Positions 26,593 to 37,143 are shown, counted from the stretch's first letter. The stretch: DNA of 49,580 nt from Kofleriaceae bacterium (GCA_046597055.1 JBKJLC010000165.1:1-49580), one strand, 5' to 3'. Translations and numbers: made by a program. Notes: generated by a model from the letters alone, not told the origin.

Positions 26593-27438
26593 GTGCCACC
26601 CCGCGCCGCCATGTTGGGCTTGGTGGTCGCGATGGGCCTCTTGGGCCTCGCGACCGGTTCCTGCGCCAAGGCGCAGGTGGGCGGCGAGGTCGACCCCGAT
26701 GCGACCGCCCCGGAGGTCGACGCCACCAGCGACGGAACCGACTCCGGCATCGACGGGATCGACGCGGCGACCTGCGCGAGGTCGCCGTGCGACATCCTCA
26801 CCCAGTGCGGCTGCGAGGCGACGCCAACCCCGACCGTCTGCGACCTCGACTTCCAGAACCTGGGGACCGGGGCGACCAAGTGCCGCGCCGACAGCCTCGG
26901 CGGCATGGAGTCGACCACCTGCTCGATGACGACGACCTGCGAGGGCGGGTTCGTGTGCGTCGGAGGCCGCTGCGCGCGCTACTGCGACGACGATCTCGAC
27001 TGTCCTGGCGACGGCGGCCTGTGCATCATCGATCTCACGCAGGGCACCCCGGCGATGCCGATCCCGGGCGCGCCATCGACGTGCACGACCGACTGCGTGC
27101 CCAGCAGCGCGGCCAACCCGACCTGCCCGACGACGTGGGCCTGTCACCTCTACCAGGATGATCCCAGCCCCACCGCCGGCGACGAGCGCTACCTGACCAA
27201 CTGCGATCCGCCGGGCGCCGGCGCGGTCAACGCGGTATGCACGAGCAACCTCAGCTGCCAGGCCGGGTTCGACTGCATCAATCTGGGTGGCACGCCAGCC
27301 AACCTGCGATGCCGGCCCAACTGCCTGTGCCCGGGCGGGAACTGCGCCGCCGGGCTCTGCCCCGCGGGCAGCGGCAGCTGCCGCGCGTTCACGCCGCCCA
27401 TCGTGGTCGGCGCCATGACCTACGGAACCTGCATCTAG
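26593..27438 (+). CDS. Cysteine-rich predicted lipoprotein
   Basis: Hydrophobic signal ending ATGSC, acidic DA linker, then 28 further Cys by manual count. Confidence 0.75.
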   Translation: MPPRAAMLGLVVAMGLLGLATGSCAKAQVGGEVDPDATAPEVDATSDGTDSGIDGIDAATCARSPCDILTQCGCEATPTPTVCDLDFQNLGTGATKCRADSLGGMESTTCSMTTTCEGGFVCVGGRCARYCDDDLDCPGDGGLCIIDLTQGTPAMPIPGAPSTCTTDCVPSSAANPTCPTTWACHLYQDDPSPTAGDERYLTNCDPPGAGAVNAVCTSNLSCQAGFDCINLGGTPANLRCRPNCLCPGGNCAAGLCPAGSGSCRAFTPPIVVGAMTYGTCI

Positions 27439-27570
27439 ATTCGCCGCCGGGTCCGGCCCCGCCGACGGCGCCACCGAGCCACCGCGAAGGCACGCTCAAC
27501 ACGCCGGGGTTCTGGCCGATTCACCGGTAGACGGCGTGGGCACGCGACGGTGCTGCGCGAAAGGATCCCC

Positions 27571-27852
27571 ATGAGCCTCCGTGTCCCGCCGATCGAAGGC
27601 CCGCATGCCGTGCGGCTGGAGCGTCCCGAGCCCAGCGCCACCACCGCGGTCGAAGGTCGCGTGCTCGCCGCGCGCGCGCCGCGTACCCGGCGCGCGGCCG
27701 CCCCGGCGGGGCAGAACCGACGGCGCCAAGAGGGGCTCGATCCGCCCGGGGCCAAGGTGCTGTTGCTGTTGATTCCCGAGGGCGCCCGGGTCCCGGCCGA
27801 CATCGGCACCGGCGAGTATCGCGTGTTCGTCCGGTTCGCGCGGAAGACCTGA
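27571..27852 (+). CDS. Small hypothetical protein
   Basis: AAGGA SD before ATG; C-terminal DPPGAKVLLLLIPE...GEYRVFVRF looks protein-like. Confidence 0.55.
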   Translation: MSLRVPPIEGPHAVRLERPEPSATTAVEGRVLAARAPRTRRAAAPAGQNRRRQEGLDPPGAKVLLLLIPEGARVPADIGTGEYRVFVRFARKT

Positions 27853-27963
27853 CGGCTCAGCGGCCGTGATCCTGCCGCATCCCACCCGCCCTTCGAGCGT
27901 TCGGCCGCGGGCCGGATCCCGCATCCGATCGGGACGGAGCAGCGCCGTCTCGCTGGGCCCGGC

Positions 27964-28457
<494 letters not shown>

Positions 28458-28461
<4 letters not shown>

Positions 28462-29729
28462 CGGCCGACCTCGAGCGCGCGCACCTCGTCGAGCGTCTTG
28501 AGGCCCAGCCGCGGCGAGTTCACCAGGATCGCCATGTTGCCGTTGGGGTGCTTGTTCTCCCGCATGAGCTGGTGGCACGCGCCGGTGGCGGCGAACTCGA
28601 ACGTGCGCGACAGGCACGGATCGACCTTGCCGTCGATCACGAGCTGGTTGCAGCCGGCGGCCTGGTCGTCGTTGGCGAAGTGCGAGCCCTGCAGGCGCTT
28701 CTGCCGCATCCAGTGATAGCGGAGATCGAGGGTCGCGTTGTAGCCGGTGGTCCCGGCGCAGATGACCACCATGCCGCCGGTATCGACCATGAAGCCCGAG
28801 GTCGGCAGGGTGGTCTCGCCCGGGTGCTCGAACACGATGGTCGGGTTTCGGCGCTCGCCGAGCGCGTCCCAGAACGCCTTGCCGAACGCGCGGGCGCCCT
28901 TGAGCCACACGCCGTAGTCGAGCTCGTCGCTCCAGCGCGGCAGCTTGCCCCAGTGGTTGAACTGGCGGCGATCGATCACGCCGACCGCGCCGAGCTTCTT
29001 GCAGTACTCGACCTTGTCCTCGCCCGACACCACCGCGATCGCGCGGCCGCCGGCAGCGGCGACGATCTGGATCGCCATCGAGCCGAGCCCGCCGGCGCCG
29101 CCCCAGATCAGCACCGGATCGCCGGGGCCGACCACGTTGGGTGGCCAGCCGTGCAGCATGCGGTACGCGGTCGCCCCGACCAGCAGGTACGAGGCGGCCT
29201 CCTCCCAGCTGAGATGCGCCGGCTTGGGCAGGCACTGGTGATCCTGGACCCTGGTGAACTGGGCAAAGCTGCCCCAGTTCGACTCGTAGCCCCAGATGAT
29301 CTCCGACGGCGCGAACATCGGGTCCTTGCCGGCGACCACCCACGGATCGTCGGGCGCCCACATGCCGCAGTGGACCACCACCGAGTCGCCGACCTTCACG
29401 TTGGTGACCGCGGCGCCGACCTTCCACACCACGCCCGAGGCATCGGAGCCGCCGACGTGGAAGTCTTCGGTTTCGCCCTTCTTCTGGCGCGTCTTGATCA
29501 CGTCGATGGGGATGCCCATCGCGGCCCATACGTTGTTGTAGTTGACGCCGGCCGCCATGACGTAGACCAGCACGTCGCGCGGCCCGAGCTCGGGGATCGG
29601 CAACGCCTCCTCGCGGAAGGCGTCGATCGGCTCGCCGAAGCGCTCGCCGCGGATCACCTGGGCCAGCATCGTTCGGGGCACCACGCCCAGGTCGGGTACC
29701 TCGCCCAGCGCGTAAAGATCCTTGGTCAC
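28458..29729 (-). CDS. ccrA: Crotonyl-CoA carboxylase/reductase
   Basis: [80 protein letters not shown]. Confidence 0.92.
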
Positions 29730-31198
29730 GGCAGTCCTTTCTTGGGGGGCAGCGGTGCGTTACCGCGGTCGGCTTCCAGCAGGGGGCTGAAGAAGTTGTC
29801 CTTCTTGACGTTCTCGTCGATCGCGACCGCGAACTTGTACGACGGGGCAGCGCGCTGGCTGCAGTCGGTGCGCTCGCAGAAGCGGCAGGTGACGCCGACC
29901 GGCACGGCCATCTTGTCGCCGGCGCGCGACAGCTCGTCGGCGTAGATCATGTGGCGGGCGTTGTCGGCGGCGGCGCCGAGGCCGATCGAGTAGTTGACGC
30001 CGCGCACCAGCGAGCCGGCGTGCGGCTGCGAGATGACCTTGGCGAAGCAGAAGTAGGTGGTGCCGTCCGGCATCGCCGAGTACTGCTTGGCGATCAGCGC
30101 CGGCGTCATGAACGCGGCGTGCACCGCCCACTTCGGGCACGAGCCGTGGCCGTGGGGAAACCGCATGCCCGAGGCCGAGTAACGCTTGGAGATGTTGCCG
30201 GCGGCGTCGACCCGCAGGAAGTGGAGCGGCACCCCGGGGCGGCGCGGATCGCCGAGGTTGCACATGCGGTGGGCGACCGCCTCCCACGACGAGCCGAACA
30301 GCGCGACCAGCTTGGCCACGTCGTAGCGGGTGCGCTGGACCTCGGTGAAGAACTCGCCGTAGGGCAGGAGCAGCGCGCCGGCGAAGTAGTTGGCCAGGTG
30401 GATGCGGATCAGGCGCGGCGTCTCGCCGTGGCGCGGCGGCGCGACCGCGGTCAGGCGCTCGGTCAGGCCGTTGCGGGCGAGCACCTCGAGGCCGATCACG
30501 TGGGCGAGCTGGAACTTGAGCGCCTGGTCTGCGAGGTCGGCCGACAGCCACAGCGCGCGCCGCGCGGGGTCGTAGGTGCGGACGACCGACGACGAGCCGT
30601 GCGGAGACGCGACCGTGGCGGTGATGCCGAACTGGTCGGCGAGCACCGCGATCAGCGCGTCGGCCGGGAACCGGCGGGGCAGATGCGCGCGGGTGCGGAT
30701 CTCGTCGGCGCCGGCCTCGAGCTCCGGGAAGTAGTTCTTGTGCGACTCGAGGAAGTCCGAGACCTCGTCGCCGGGCGCGTAGCCGATCGGCGGCAGCATG
30801 CCGGCCTCGAGCTTGGTCAGCGCGACGTCGAGCTGGGCGCGCGCGTTCTTGTACAGATGATAGAGCGCGGCGATGGTGGTCGCGACCCGCGGCTCGGCGC
30901 GCAGGCGCGCCAGGTCGGCCTCGTCGAGCGCCAGGGTCTGGGCCAGCGGATCGTCGAGCAGGTGAGCGAGCGCGTCCTCGGGCCGCGCGCCCGACGCCTC
31001 GGCCATGAACTTCTCGAGGTCGGCGCCGAGCAGCTCGAGCGCGCGCAGGAGCAGCGGGAACTGCATCGTGCGCCGGCCCTTCTCGAGCAGGTTGAGATAC
31101 GCCGGCGAGATCGTCAGCTGCCGGGCCAGATCGGCTTGCGACAGATCCTTCGCGAGCCGCAGGGCCCGGAGGCGTTGACCGATTGTTGACGAGTCCAT
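29726..31198 (-). CDS. XRE-family short-chain fatty acyl-CoA regulator (ScfR/RamB/PrpR family)
   Basis: N-terminal HTH ([25 protein letters not shown]), [58 protein letters not shown]. Confidence 0.9.
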   Translation of the reverse strand: MDSSTIGQRLRALRLAKDLSQADLARQLTISPAYLNLLEKGRRTMQFPLLLRALELLGADLEKFMAEASGARPEDALAHLLDDPLAQTLALDEADLARLRAEPRVATTIAALYHLYKNARAQLDVALTKLEAGMLPPIGYAPGDEVSDFLESHKNYFPELEAGADEIRTRAHLPRRFPADALIAVLADQFGITATVASPHGSSSVVRTYDPARRALWLSADLADQALKFQLAHVIGLEVLARNGLTERLTAVAPPRHGETPRLIRIHLANYFAGALLLPYGEFFTEVQRTRYDVAKLVALFGSSWEAVAHRMCNLGDPRRPGVPLHFLRVDAAGNISKRYSASGMRFPHGHGSCPKWAVHAAFMTPALIAKQYSAMPDGTTYFCFAKVISQPHAGSLVRGVNYSIGLGAAADNARHMIYADELSRAGDKMAVPVGVTCRFCERTDCSQRAAPSYKFAVAIDENVKKDNFFSPLLEADRGNAPLPPKKGLP

Positions 31199-31479
31199 TA
31201 ACAGAATCCGGATTGAGTCAACCGTGTGGGCGTAGGCTGTGTGAACCAGCCAGATCCATGTTTCGCATGGGGATGCTGACAATTCAATACTGGAGATCAG
31301 AGGAACTTCGTTCACCGTGTCAAGGCGTAGTGCCGTACGGGCGTGCGCGCGATGGTCGCGGTGTTGCGCCCGGAGTGGCTGGCGATCGTCGCGCGTTCGG
31401 TCGACGCCTTCAACGCCGGGACCATGGGCCCCGTGGAGTGAGCCGCGGGCAGCGCCGCTCACCGTGCGCGGACGCCGAA

Positions 31480-31568
31480 GCGGCAGCGGCACCAGCTGCG
31501 GCAGCAGCAGCGGCAGCGGCAGCGGCAACTGCAGCGGCACCAGCAGCGGCAGCGGCAGCGGCAGCGCT
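31480..31568 (+). repeat. Intergenic degenerate hexamer tract (GGCAGC)n
   Basis: gcggcagcggcaccagctgcggcagcagcagcggcagcggcagcggcaactgcagcggcaccagcagcggcagcggcagcggcagcg. Confidence 0.8.
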
Positions 31569-31622
31569 GGGCTGAGCCCGCGGTCTGATCGCGGTGCATG
31601 GTTCGCGGTACGCTCGCGCCCG

Positions 31623-32291
31623 ATGAGGCGAGCCCAGATCGCGGTGGTGGTGACGGTCGCGGCAGCGAGCGCGTGCGCGTGTGGCACCCGGAAGAGCACC
31701 GGCGGCGCCGCCACCGGTGACAGCGGGGCCGGCGCGGTGGCGCCGCTGCAGGGCCTCGACGGCGGCCCACCCGACGAGGACGCGCTCCGCAGCGGCAAGC
31801 GCAGCGGGATGGCGGGCGATGTTCCCGAGGTCGCGACCGAGCCCCTGGTGACCGCGCTGGTCGAGGGCCGCATGCCGTGGGCCCGGTTCGTCGATCCGAA
31901 ACTCGGCGTGGTCGAGCTCCGGCGCGGCGCCGGCGACGATCGCAGCGCCGATGGGTCCGGTCGTCGATGCGGGGCCGAGGTCGAGCCGGTGCTCGCTACC
32001 CACGCCGAGGCGATCACCACCGATCTGGCCCGGGCCGAGCTCGACTACCAGCTGACCTGCAGCAACCTCGCGCTGTTCTTCGCCGATCCCGACGGCGCCG
32101 CGCCGCATGCGATCTGCTCGTTCGACAGCTCGGTCGAGTACGCGATCGGTCACGATCTGCTGTTCGTGCCCGATTCGCAGCGCGGGCTGCGTCTGGTCGG
32201 GATCACCGCGATGCCGGGCGGCGACCGGCACGATGCTGATCTCGACGCCTTCAGCGCCGAGATCGGGAAGACCGGCTCGCTGTGCCCGTGA
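31623..32291 (+). CDS. Hypothetical lipoprotein
   Basis: MRR + hydrophobic stretch + ACAC lipobox-like; TACGCT box 8 nt upstream. Confidence 0.65.
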   Translation: MRRAQIAVVVTVAAASACACGTRKSTGGAATGDSGAGAVAPLQGLDGGPPDEDALRSGKRSGMAGDVPEVATEPLVTALVEGRMPWARFVDPKLGVVELRRGAGDDRSADGSGRRCGAEVEPVLATHAEAITTDLARAELDYQLTCSNLALFFADPDGAAPHAICSFDSSVEYAIGHDLLFVPDSQRGLRLVGITAMPGGDRHDADLDAFSAEIGKTGSLCP

Positions 32292-32349
32292 CCGCCGACG
32301 GCGCCCCGGTCGGGACGACCGGCACCGGGGCCGCCACCCGCGGGCGAGG

Positions 32350-33678
32350 TCACAGCCGATGGCGCTTGAGCTTCTCGATCAGCGTCGACCGGGTCACGCC
32401 CAGGCGGCGAGCTGCCTCCGACTGATTGCCGGCGGTCTCGGCCAGCGCCGCGGCCAGGACCTCGCGCTCGAACGCATCGACGCGCGCGCGCAGCGGACCG
32501 CGCGCGGCGGCGGACGGCAGCGGCGGGGGCGTGACGCTGGCGGCCAGCGCGTCGGGGCCGAGCATGCCGCCGTCGCTGGTCGCGAGCAGGGCGGCGATCG
32601 CGTTGTCGAGCTCGCGCACGTTGCCCGGCCACGTCCGCGCCGCCAGCGCCGCGACCAGGGCCGGCGTGAACCGGGCGTCGGGCATGTCGAAGCGCGCGGC
32701 CCAGCGCCGGCGCAGCGCCTCGACCAGCCGGGGAATGTCGGCGGTGCGCTCGCGGAGCGGCGGCACCTGCAGCTGGACCACCGCCAGCCGGTAGTAGAGG
32801 TCGCTGCGGAAGCGGCCGGCGCGGGCCTCCTCCGCGAGGTCGCGATGGGTGCACGCGATCACGCGCAGATCGACCCGGGTCACCCGGCTGGCGCCGACCG
32901 GCTGGATCTCGCCCTCCTGGAGCGTGCGTAGCAACCGGGCCTGGATCGCCGGGGCCAGCTCGCCGATCTCGTCGAGCACCAGGGTGCCGCCGTCGGCCTG
33001 GGCGATGAATCCAGGGCGATCGGCGATGGCGCCGGTGAACGCGCCGCGGACGTGACCGAACAGCTCGGCGTCCGCGAGGTCGGGCGCGATCGCCGCGCAG
33101 TTGAAGCGCACCAGCGGGCCGGCGTGGCGGGGGCTGGCCGCGTGGACCAGCGACGCGATCAGCTCCTTGCCGGTGCCGGTCTCGCCCTGGATCAAGACGG
33201 TGACGTCGCGCCGCGCGACCCGGCGGGCTTGCTCGACCACCCGCCGCCACGCCGGCGCGTCGCCGACCAGCTCGGCGCCGACCGCGCGACCGAGATCGGC
33301 GTCGCGCGCGGCCCGGCGCAGGTTGCGGGCCTCGACCGCGCGGCCCACCACCAGGCGGAGTTCGTCGATCGCGAACGGCTTGGACAGGTAATCCCAGGCG
33401 CCGGCCTTGATCGCCTGAGCGGCGATGCGATCGGAGCCACGCGCGGTCAAGAGCACCACCGGCAGCTCGGGCTCGTCGCGGCGCAGCTCGGCGAGCAGGG
33501 TCATGCCGTCGACCTCCGGCATGACCAGATCGGTGACCACCACGTCGGCCTCGCCGGCGCGGCCCCGGGCCTCGGCTGCCGAAGCGCACGCGATCACGTC
33601 ATGGCCGGCGGTGGTCAGCGCCTCCTCGAGCATGAAGCGCACCGCGGGCTCGTCGTCGACGATCAGGATCGTGGCCAT
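32350..33678 (-). CDS. Sigma54-dependent response regulator (NtrC/Fis family enhancer-binding protein)
   Basis: Receiver (ILIVDDE, TDLVMP, KPF), GETGTGKE, GAFTGA, LDEIGE, WPGNVREL, C-terminal Fis HTH. Confidence 0.95.
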   Translation of the reverse strand: MATILIVDDEPAVRFMLEEALTTAGHDVIACASAAEARGRAGEADVVVTDLVMPEVDGMTLLAELRRDEPELPVVLLTARGSDRIAAQAIKAGAWDYLSKPFAIDELRLVVGRAVEARNLRRAARDADLGRAVGAELVGDAPAWRRVVEQARRVARRDVTVLIQGETGTGKELIASLVHAASPRHAGPLVRFNCAAIAPDLADAELFGHVRGAFTGAIADRPGFIAQADGGTLVLDEIGELAPAIQARLLRTLQEGEIQPVGASRVTRVDLRVIACTHRDLAEEARAGRFRSDLYYRLAVVQLQVPPLRERTADIPRLVEALRRRWAARFDMPDARFTPALVAALAARTWPGNVRELDNAIAALLATSDGGMLGPDALAASVTPPPLPSAAARGPLRARVDAFEREVLAAALAETAGNQSEAARRLGVTRSTLIEKLKRHRL

Positions 33679-33764
33679 GGTCAGCCCGGGCGTGCCGGGG
33701 TGGTGATCGTACCCTGTGGGCCGCGTGGCCTGGACCCGGCGGCCGGGCTACCGTGGAGGCAGCC

Positions 33765-34157
33765 GTGGTGCACTGGTGGATGGAGTCGGGTTCGCGGACC
33801 GGGCGTGGGCCAGCGCCGGCTCCGACCGGGTCGAGCGTCGATGACGTGCCGGGCGATCTGCTGTGCGCGGTGTGCCGGGTCCGGATCACCCACGAGGACC
33901 ACCGGATCGAGCGAGGGGGCAGCCATGCGCACACGTTCGTGAATCCGGGGGCGGTGGTGCACACGATCGGCTGCTTCGCGGTCGCGGTGAACCTGTCGTA
34001 CCTCGGGGAGCCTGAGGTCGCGTTCACGTGGTTTCCTGGGTTCTCGTGGCAGGTGGCCAGCTGCGCGCGCTGTCGGACGCATCTGGGGTGGATCTACCGC
34101 TGTCGCGGGGACCAGTTTCACGGCTTGCTGATCGAGATGCTGATCCGGCGCGGGTGA
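33765..34157 (+). CDS. Cereblon-family (CULT domain) protein; start uncertain (33753-33780)
   Basis: CAVC and CARC Zn ligands, FVNPG, and TWFPGFSW...HLGW tri-tryptophan cage; GGAGG SD before GTG 33765. Confidence 0.88.
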   Translation: MVHWWMESGSRTGRGPAPAPTGSSVDDVPGDLLCAVCRVRITHEDHRIERGGSHAHTFVNPGAVVHTIGCFAVAVNLSYLGEPEVAFTWFPGFSWQVASCARCRTHLGWIYRCRGDQFHGLLIEMLIRRG

Positions 34158-34203
34158 GCGGTCGGGGCGGGGCGGGCGCCGCATCGGCAGCGGCATCGGC
34201 CGG

Positions 34204-35466
34204 TCAGCCCGGCCGGGCGGGCAGGCGGATGGTTGCCAGCGTGCCGTGTCCGGTCTCGCTGGTGAAGAGGAGCGTGCCGCCGTGCTGCTCCACGACGGCG
34301 CGCGCGAGCGCCACGCCAAGACCGGTGCCGCCGGCGCGGGTGGTGAATCCAGCGGTGCCGATGCGGGCCAGCACGTCGGGCGACATCCCGCGTCCGCGAT
34401 CGCGCAGCTCGACCACGACGTCACCGGCGGCGCCGTCGGAGCGCCAGCCGAGGTCGACCCGCGCGCCGGCCGGGGTGGCCTCGAGCGCGTTGAGCGCCAG
34501 GTTGAGCAGGGCCTCCTTGAGCCGGCGCGGATCGACCCAGGCCAGGGTCGGCGGGCCCTCGGCCGCGAGGTGGATGCCGCTGCGCTCGGCGCGGGCCTCG
34601 AGCACCGCGGCGATGTCACGACCCAGCTCGGCGAGGTCGACGTCGGTCGGCTCGAGCTCGGCGAGCGGCCGGCGGTGGTCGAGGTAGTCGCGCAGGATGC
34701 CCTCGATCCGTTCGACCTCACCGGCGACCACGGCGAGCCGCCGCGCGTCGCGATCGTCGGTGCCCTGCCGCGCCTCGACCATGACCTCGACCAGCCCGCG
34801 GATCGCGGCGAGCGGGTTGTTCACCTCGTGCGCGACCCGGGCGCCGAGATCGTCGAGCTCGCGGGCGCGTGCGGTCGCGCTCCAGGCGGCATCGTCGCCG
34901 GCCCGGCCCAGCGCGGCGGCCGCCGCGGCATGGGCGTCGGCCAGGGCCGCGACCCCGAGCCGCAGCAGGATCGCGCAGGCGCCGACCGCGAGCGCGGTGG
35001 CCAGCTCGCGGTGCGGCGAGCCCAGCGGCGCGAACGGTACGCCACGCGGCAGTAGCGCCAGGCCGAACGTGCTCGCCAGCAGCAGCGCGAGCAGGATGGT
35101 GCTGACGCGGCTGCGACCGAACCCGGCGAAGGCGACACCGGTCGGCGCCAGGAGCAGCGGGACCAGCGGGCTGGCCAGGCCGCCGGTCGCCGCGCAGCCC
35201 ACCGCCAGCCCGGCGGCGGTCACCACCAGCGAGCGCGCCAGCGTGGTCTCCGACAGCGCGCGGACGCCGGCCACGCGCTCGATCACGAACATCGCCTGCA
35301 GCAGGCCGAAGCCGAACCCGAGCGCGATCAGCTGCCGTGGCGGCGCGTCGCCCGCCGCGAACAGCGCGATGTTCGCCACCATCACCGGCAGGGTCACCAG
35401 CGGCCGCTGGCGGAGGAACCCGGTGCCGACGGCGCGGATCTGCGGCGAGCGCGGCGAGGTCACCAC
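34204..35466 (-). CDS. Membrane-bound sensor histidine kinase; start uncertain
   Basis: About six TM helices, AHEVNNPL, NLALNALEA, DRGRG, GTGLG. Confidence 0.88.
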   Translation of the reverse strand: MVTSPRSPQIRAVGTGFLRQRPLVTLPVMVANIALFAAGDAPPRQLIALGFGFGLLQAMFVIERVAGVRALSETTLARSLVVTAAGLAVGCAATGGLASPLVPLLLAPTGVAFAGFGRSRVSTILLALLLASTFGLALLPRGVPFAPLGSPHRELATALAVGACAILLRLGVAALADAHAAAAAALGRAGDDAAWSATARARELDDLGARVAHEVNNPLAAIRGLVEVMVEARQGTDDRDARRLAVVAGEVERIEGILRDYLDHRRPLAELEPTDVDLAELGRDIAAVLEARAERSGIHLAAEGPPTLAWVDPRRLKEALLNLALNALEATPAGARVDLGWRSDGAAGDVVVELRDRGRGMSPDVLARIGTAGFTTRAGGTGLGVALARAVVEQHGGTLLFTSETGHGTLATIRLPARPG

Positions 35467-35543
35467 CCAGGCTACCGCACGTCCTGGGCCACCCGGGCGC
35501 GGGTCGGGCGATCGGGAGCTTGCGGCTCGCGCTGCGCCGCGAC

Positions 35544-35581
35544 TGTCCGGCCCACCGGCAGGGGTGTCGGCGCGCCGGACA
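35544..35581. promoter_or_regulatory. Putative tandem upstream activator sequences for an enhancer-binding protein
   Basis: TGT-N11-GCA (35544-35560) and TGT-N11-ACA (35565-35581), 21 bp apart, about 50-90 bp upstream of a sigma54 box. Confidence 0.5.
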
Positions 35582-35632
35582 GGCGCCGATGCCGTCGCCA
35601 TCGAATCCGGGCGCCTGGCGCGCCCGCGATGC

Positions 35633-35647
35633 TGGCATCGCGCTTGC
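35633..35647 (+). promoter_or_regulatory. Sigma54 (-24/-12) promoter
   Basis: TGGCATCGCGCTTGC has exact GG-N10-GC spacing with TGGCA and TTGC consensus halves, 14 nt before ATG 35662. Confidence 0.75.
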
Positions 35648-35661
35648 GATGCGCGCCGGAC

Positions 35662-36366
35662 ATGCTGCTCATCGAGCTCGGATTCATGGCCATCGTGCTG
35701 TTCGTGGTCGCCGCCCTGCTCGCCACCGTCGCGGTCGCGGCGCGGTCAGCCGGTCGAAATCCCGCCGCCGACGTCGTCCGCGTCGGGCTGGTACTTGCCA
35801 CCTGGCTGGTGCTCACCGGCGGCGCGGCCGCGGCCGGCCTGCTCCGCGTCGATCACGGCCCCTTCCGCGTGTTGCCCCTGGTGGTGGTGGCGATCGCGGG
35901 CCCGCTGCTGGCGATGCGCGGGCCGATCGGGCGCGCGCTGGTGGCCGCGACCCCGCGCGCGGTGGTGGTGGCCGTGCAGGTGTTCCGCATCCCGGTCGAG
36001 CTGGTGCTGTGGCGGCTGCTCGTCGCCGGCGTGGTGCCGGTGCAGATGACGTTCGAGGGTCGCAACCTCGACGTGCTCACCGGCTTGACCGCGATCCCGG
36101 TGGCGATCGTGGCGTGGGGCGCGCAGCGCCGCGGGTGGCGCCTGGCGCTCGCGTGGCACACGGCCGGCATCGCGCTGCTGATCAACATCGTGTCGATCGC
36201 GATCCGCTCGGTGCCGGGACCGCTGCGCACCTACGCGGCCGAGCCGGCCAACACGATCATCGGCCACGCCCCGTTCATCTGGTTGCCGGCGTTCCTGGTC
36301 CCGGTCGCCCTGCTCGGGCACGTGGTCGGGATCCGGCAGGCCGTCGCCGCGCGGCGCGCCGCGTGA
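35662..36366 (+). CDS. Integral membrane protein of unknown function
   Basis: About 7 TM helices; QVFRIPVELVL, P.QMTFEGRN.D..TG, PFIWLPAFLVP motifs look conserved. Confidence 0.75.
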   Translation: MLLIELGFMAIVLFVVAALLATVAVAARSAGRNPAADVVRVGLVLATWLVLTGGAAAAGLLRVDHGPFRVLPLVVVAIAGPLLAMRGPIGRALVAATPRAVVVAVQVFRIPVELVLWRLLVAGVVPVQMTFEGRNLDVLTGLTAIPVAIVAWGAQRRGWRLALAWHTAGIALLINIVSIAIRSVPGPLRTYAAEPANTIIGHAPFIWLPAFLVPVALLGHVVGIRQAVAARRAA

Positions 36367-36389
36367 CGCTCGCCACCCGCGGCCGCGTG

Positions 36390-36859
36390 TCAGCGGCAGC
36401 GGATCGACCCGAAGCCCTCGTGCGCGAGGTGCCCGATGTCCCCGCTCGGCGCGCGATAGGCGCCGGTCGCCCGCTCGGGCGCGAGCGTGGCCTCCTGCTT
36501 CACCGCGGGCCGGCCGCACAGGGTGGTCGCCTCTTCGGCGCCCGGTTGCGGCGTGCGATTCACCAGGCGCGCCCGCCAGCCGGCGAGGTCTTGCCCCGGC
36601 CCCGACCAGACGTTCACGTGCACGCCCCCGACGCTGGCGCTGAAGTACGCCAGCTGGTCAGCGGTACCCTGGTCGGCGGTCGCGCTGTCGAGCACGTCGA
36701 GTTCGAGGGCGAGGGGCGCGATCGTCATCGTGCGCCAGCCCATGGTCGTCCTGGTCATCGTCGAGTCCTTGCCCGGGACCGGTCCCGGCTGATCGGAGGC
36801 CGGCTTGCCACACGCGGCGATCAGGACGATCGCGGCAGCCAGGGTAGGCGCGCGATCAT
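36390..36859 (-). pseudogene. Hypothetical lipoprotein, apparently frameshifted near its start
   Basis: The frame of ORF 36390-36758 extends up through TLAAAIVLIAACG (lipobox), but the nearest ATG (36859, overlapping the upstream stop) is in another frame. Confidence 0.4.
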
Positions 36860-37143
36860 GTCGGGACTCCGAGCAGCCCCTTGATGTCGTCGCGCTCGGT
36901 GATCGGCGGCGCCGCGGCGGCCACCAGCCGCGCCGGGAGCTGCGCCTCGACCAGATCGCGCCAGTCGCGGTCGGTGTGGATCTCGGTGCGATCGGCGCCC
37001 GGGGTCGGCATCGTGCCCCGCTTCGCTTCGATCGCGCGCTGCTTCGCGGCGTCGTCGGCGGTCGCGCCGCTGGAGCCCGCGAGCTCGTGGCGCCGCTCGG
37101 CGAGCGGCGGGCGACGCGTCACCCTGACCCTCGTGGTCCCCAC
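36856..37143 (-). CDS. Small hypothetical protein or gene remnant
   Basis: 95-aa ORF, GGAG upstream, ATGA overlap with the downstream gene. Confidence 0.3.
   Translation of the reverse strand: MGTTRVRVTRRPPLAERRHELAGSSGATADDAAKQRAIEAKRGTMPTPGADRTEIHTDRDWRDLVEAQLPARLVAAAAPPITERDDIKGLLGVPT

Noticed and set aside
27536..27556. GGCACG...TGC as a sigma54 promoter before the small gene at 27571
   Set aside because: GG-to-GC spacing is 11 nt, not the required 10.
31352..31441. 29-codon ORF MVAVLRPEWLAIVARSVDAFNAGTMGPVE
   Set aside because: Too short, no SD and no recognisable motif; cannot be supported.
32302..32330. GC hairpin between convergent genes as an intrinsic terminator
   Set aside because: No U-tract on either strand, and such stems arise often at this GC content.
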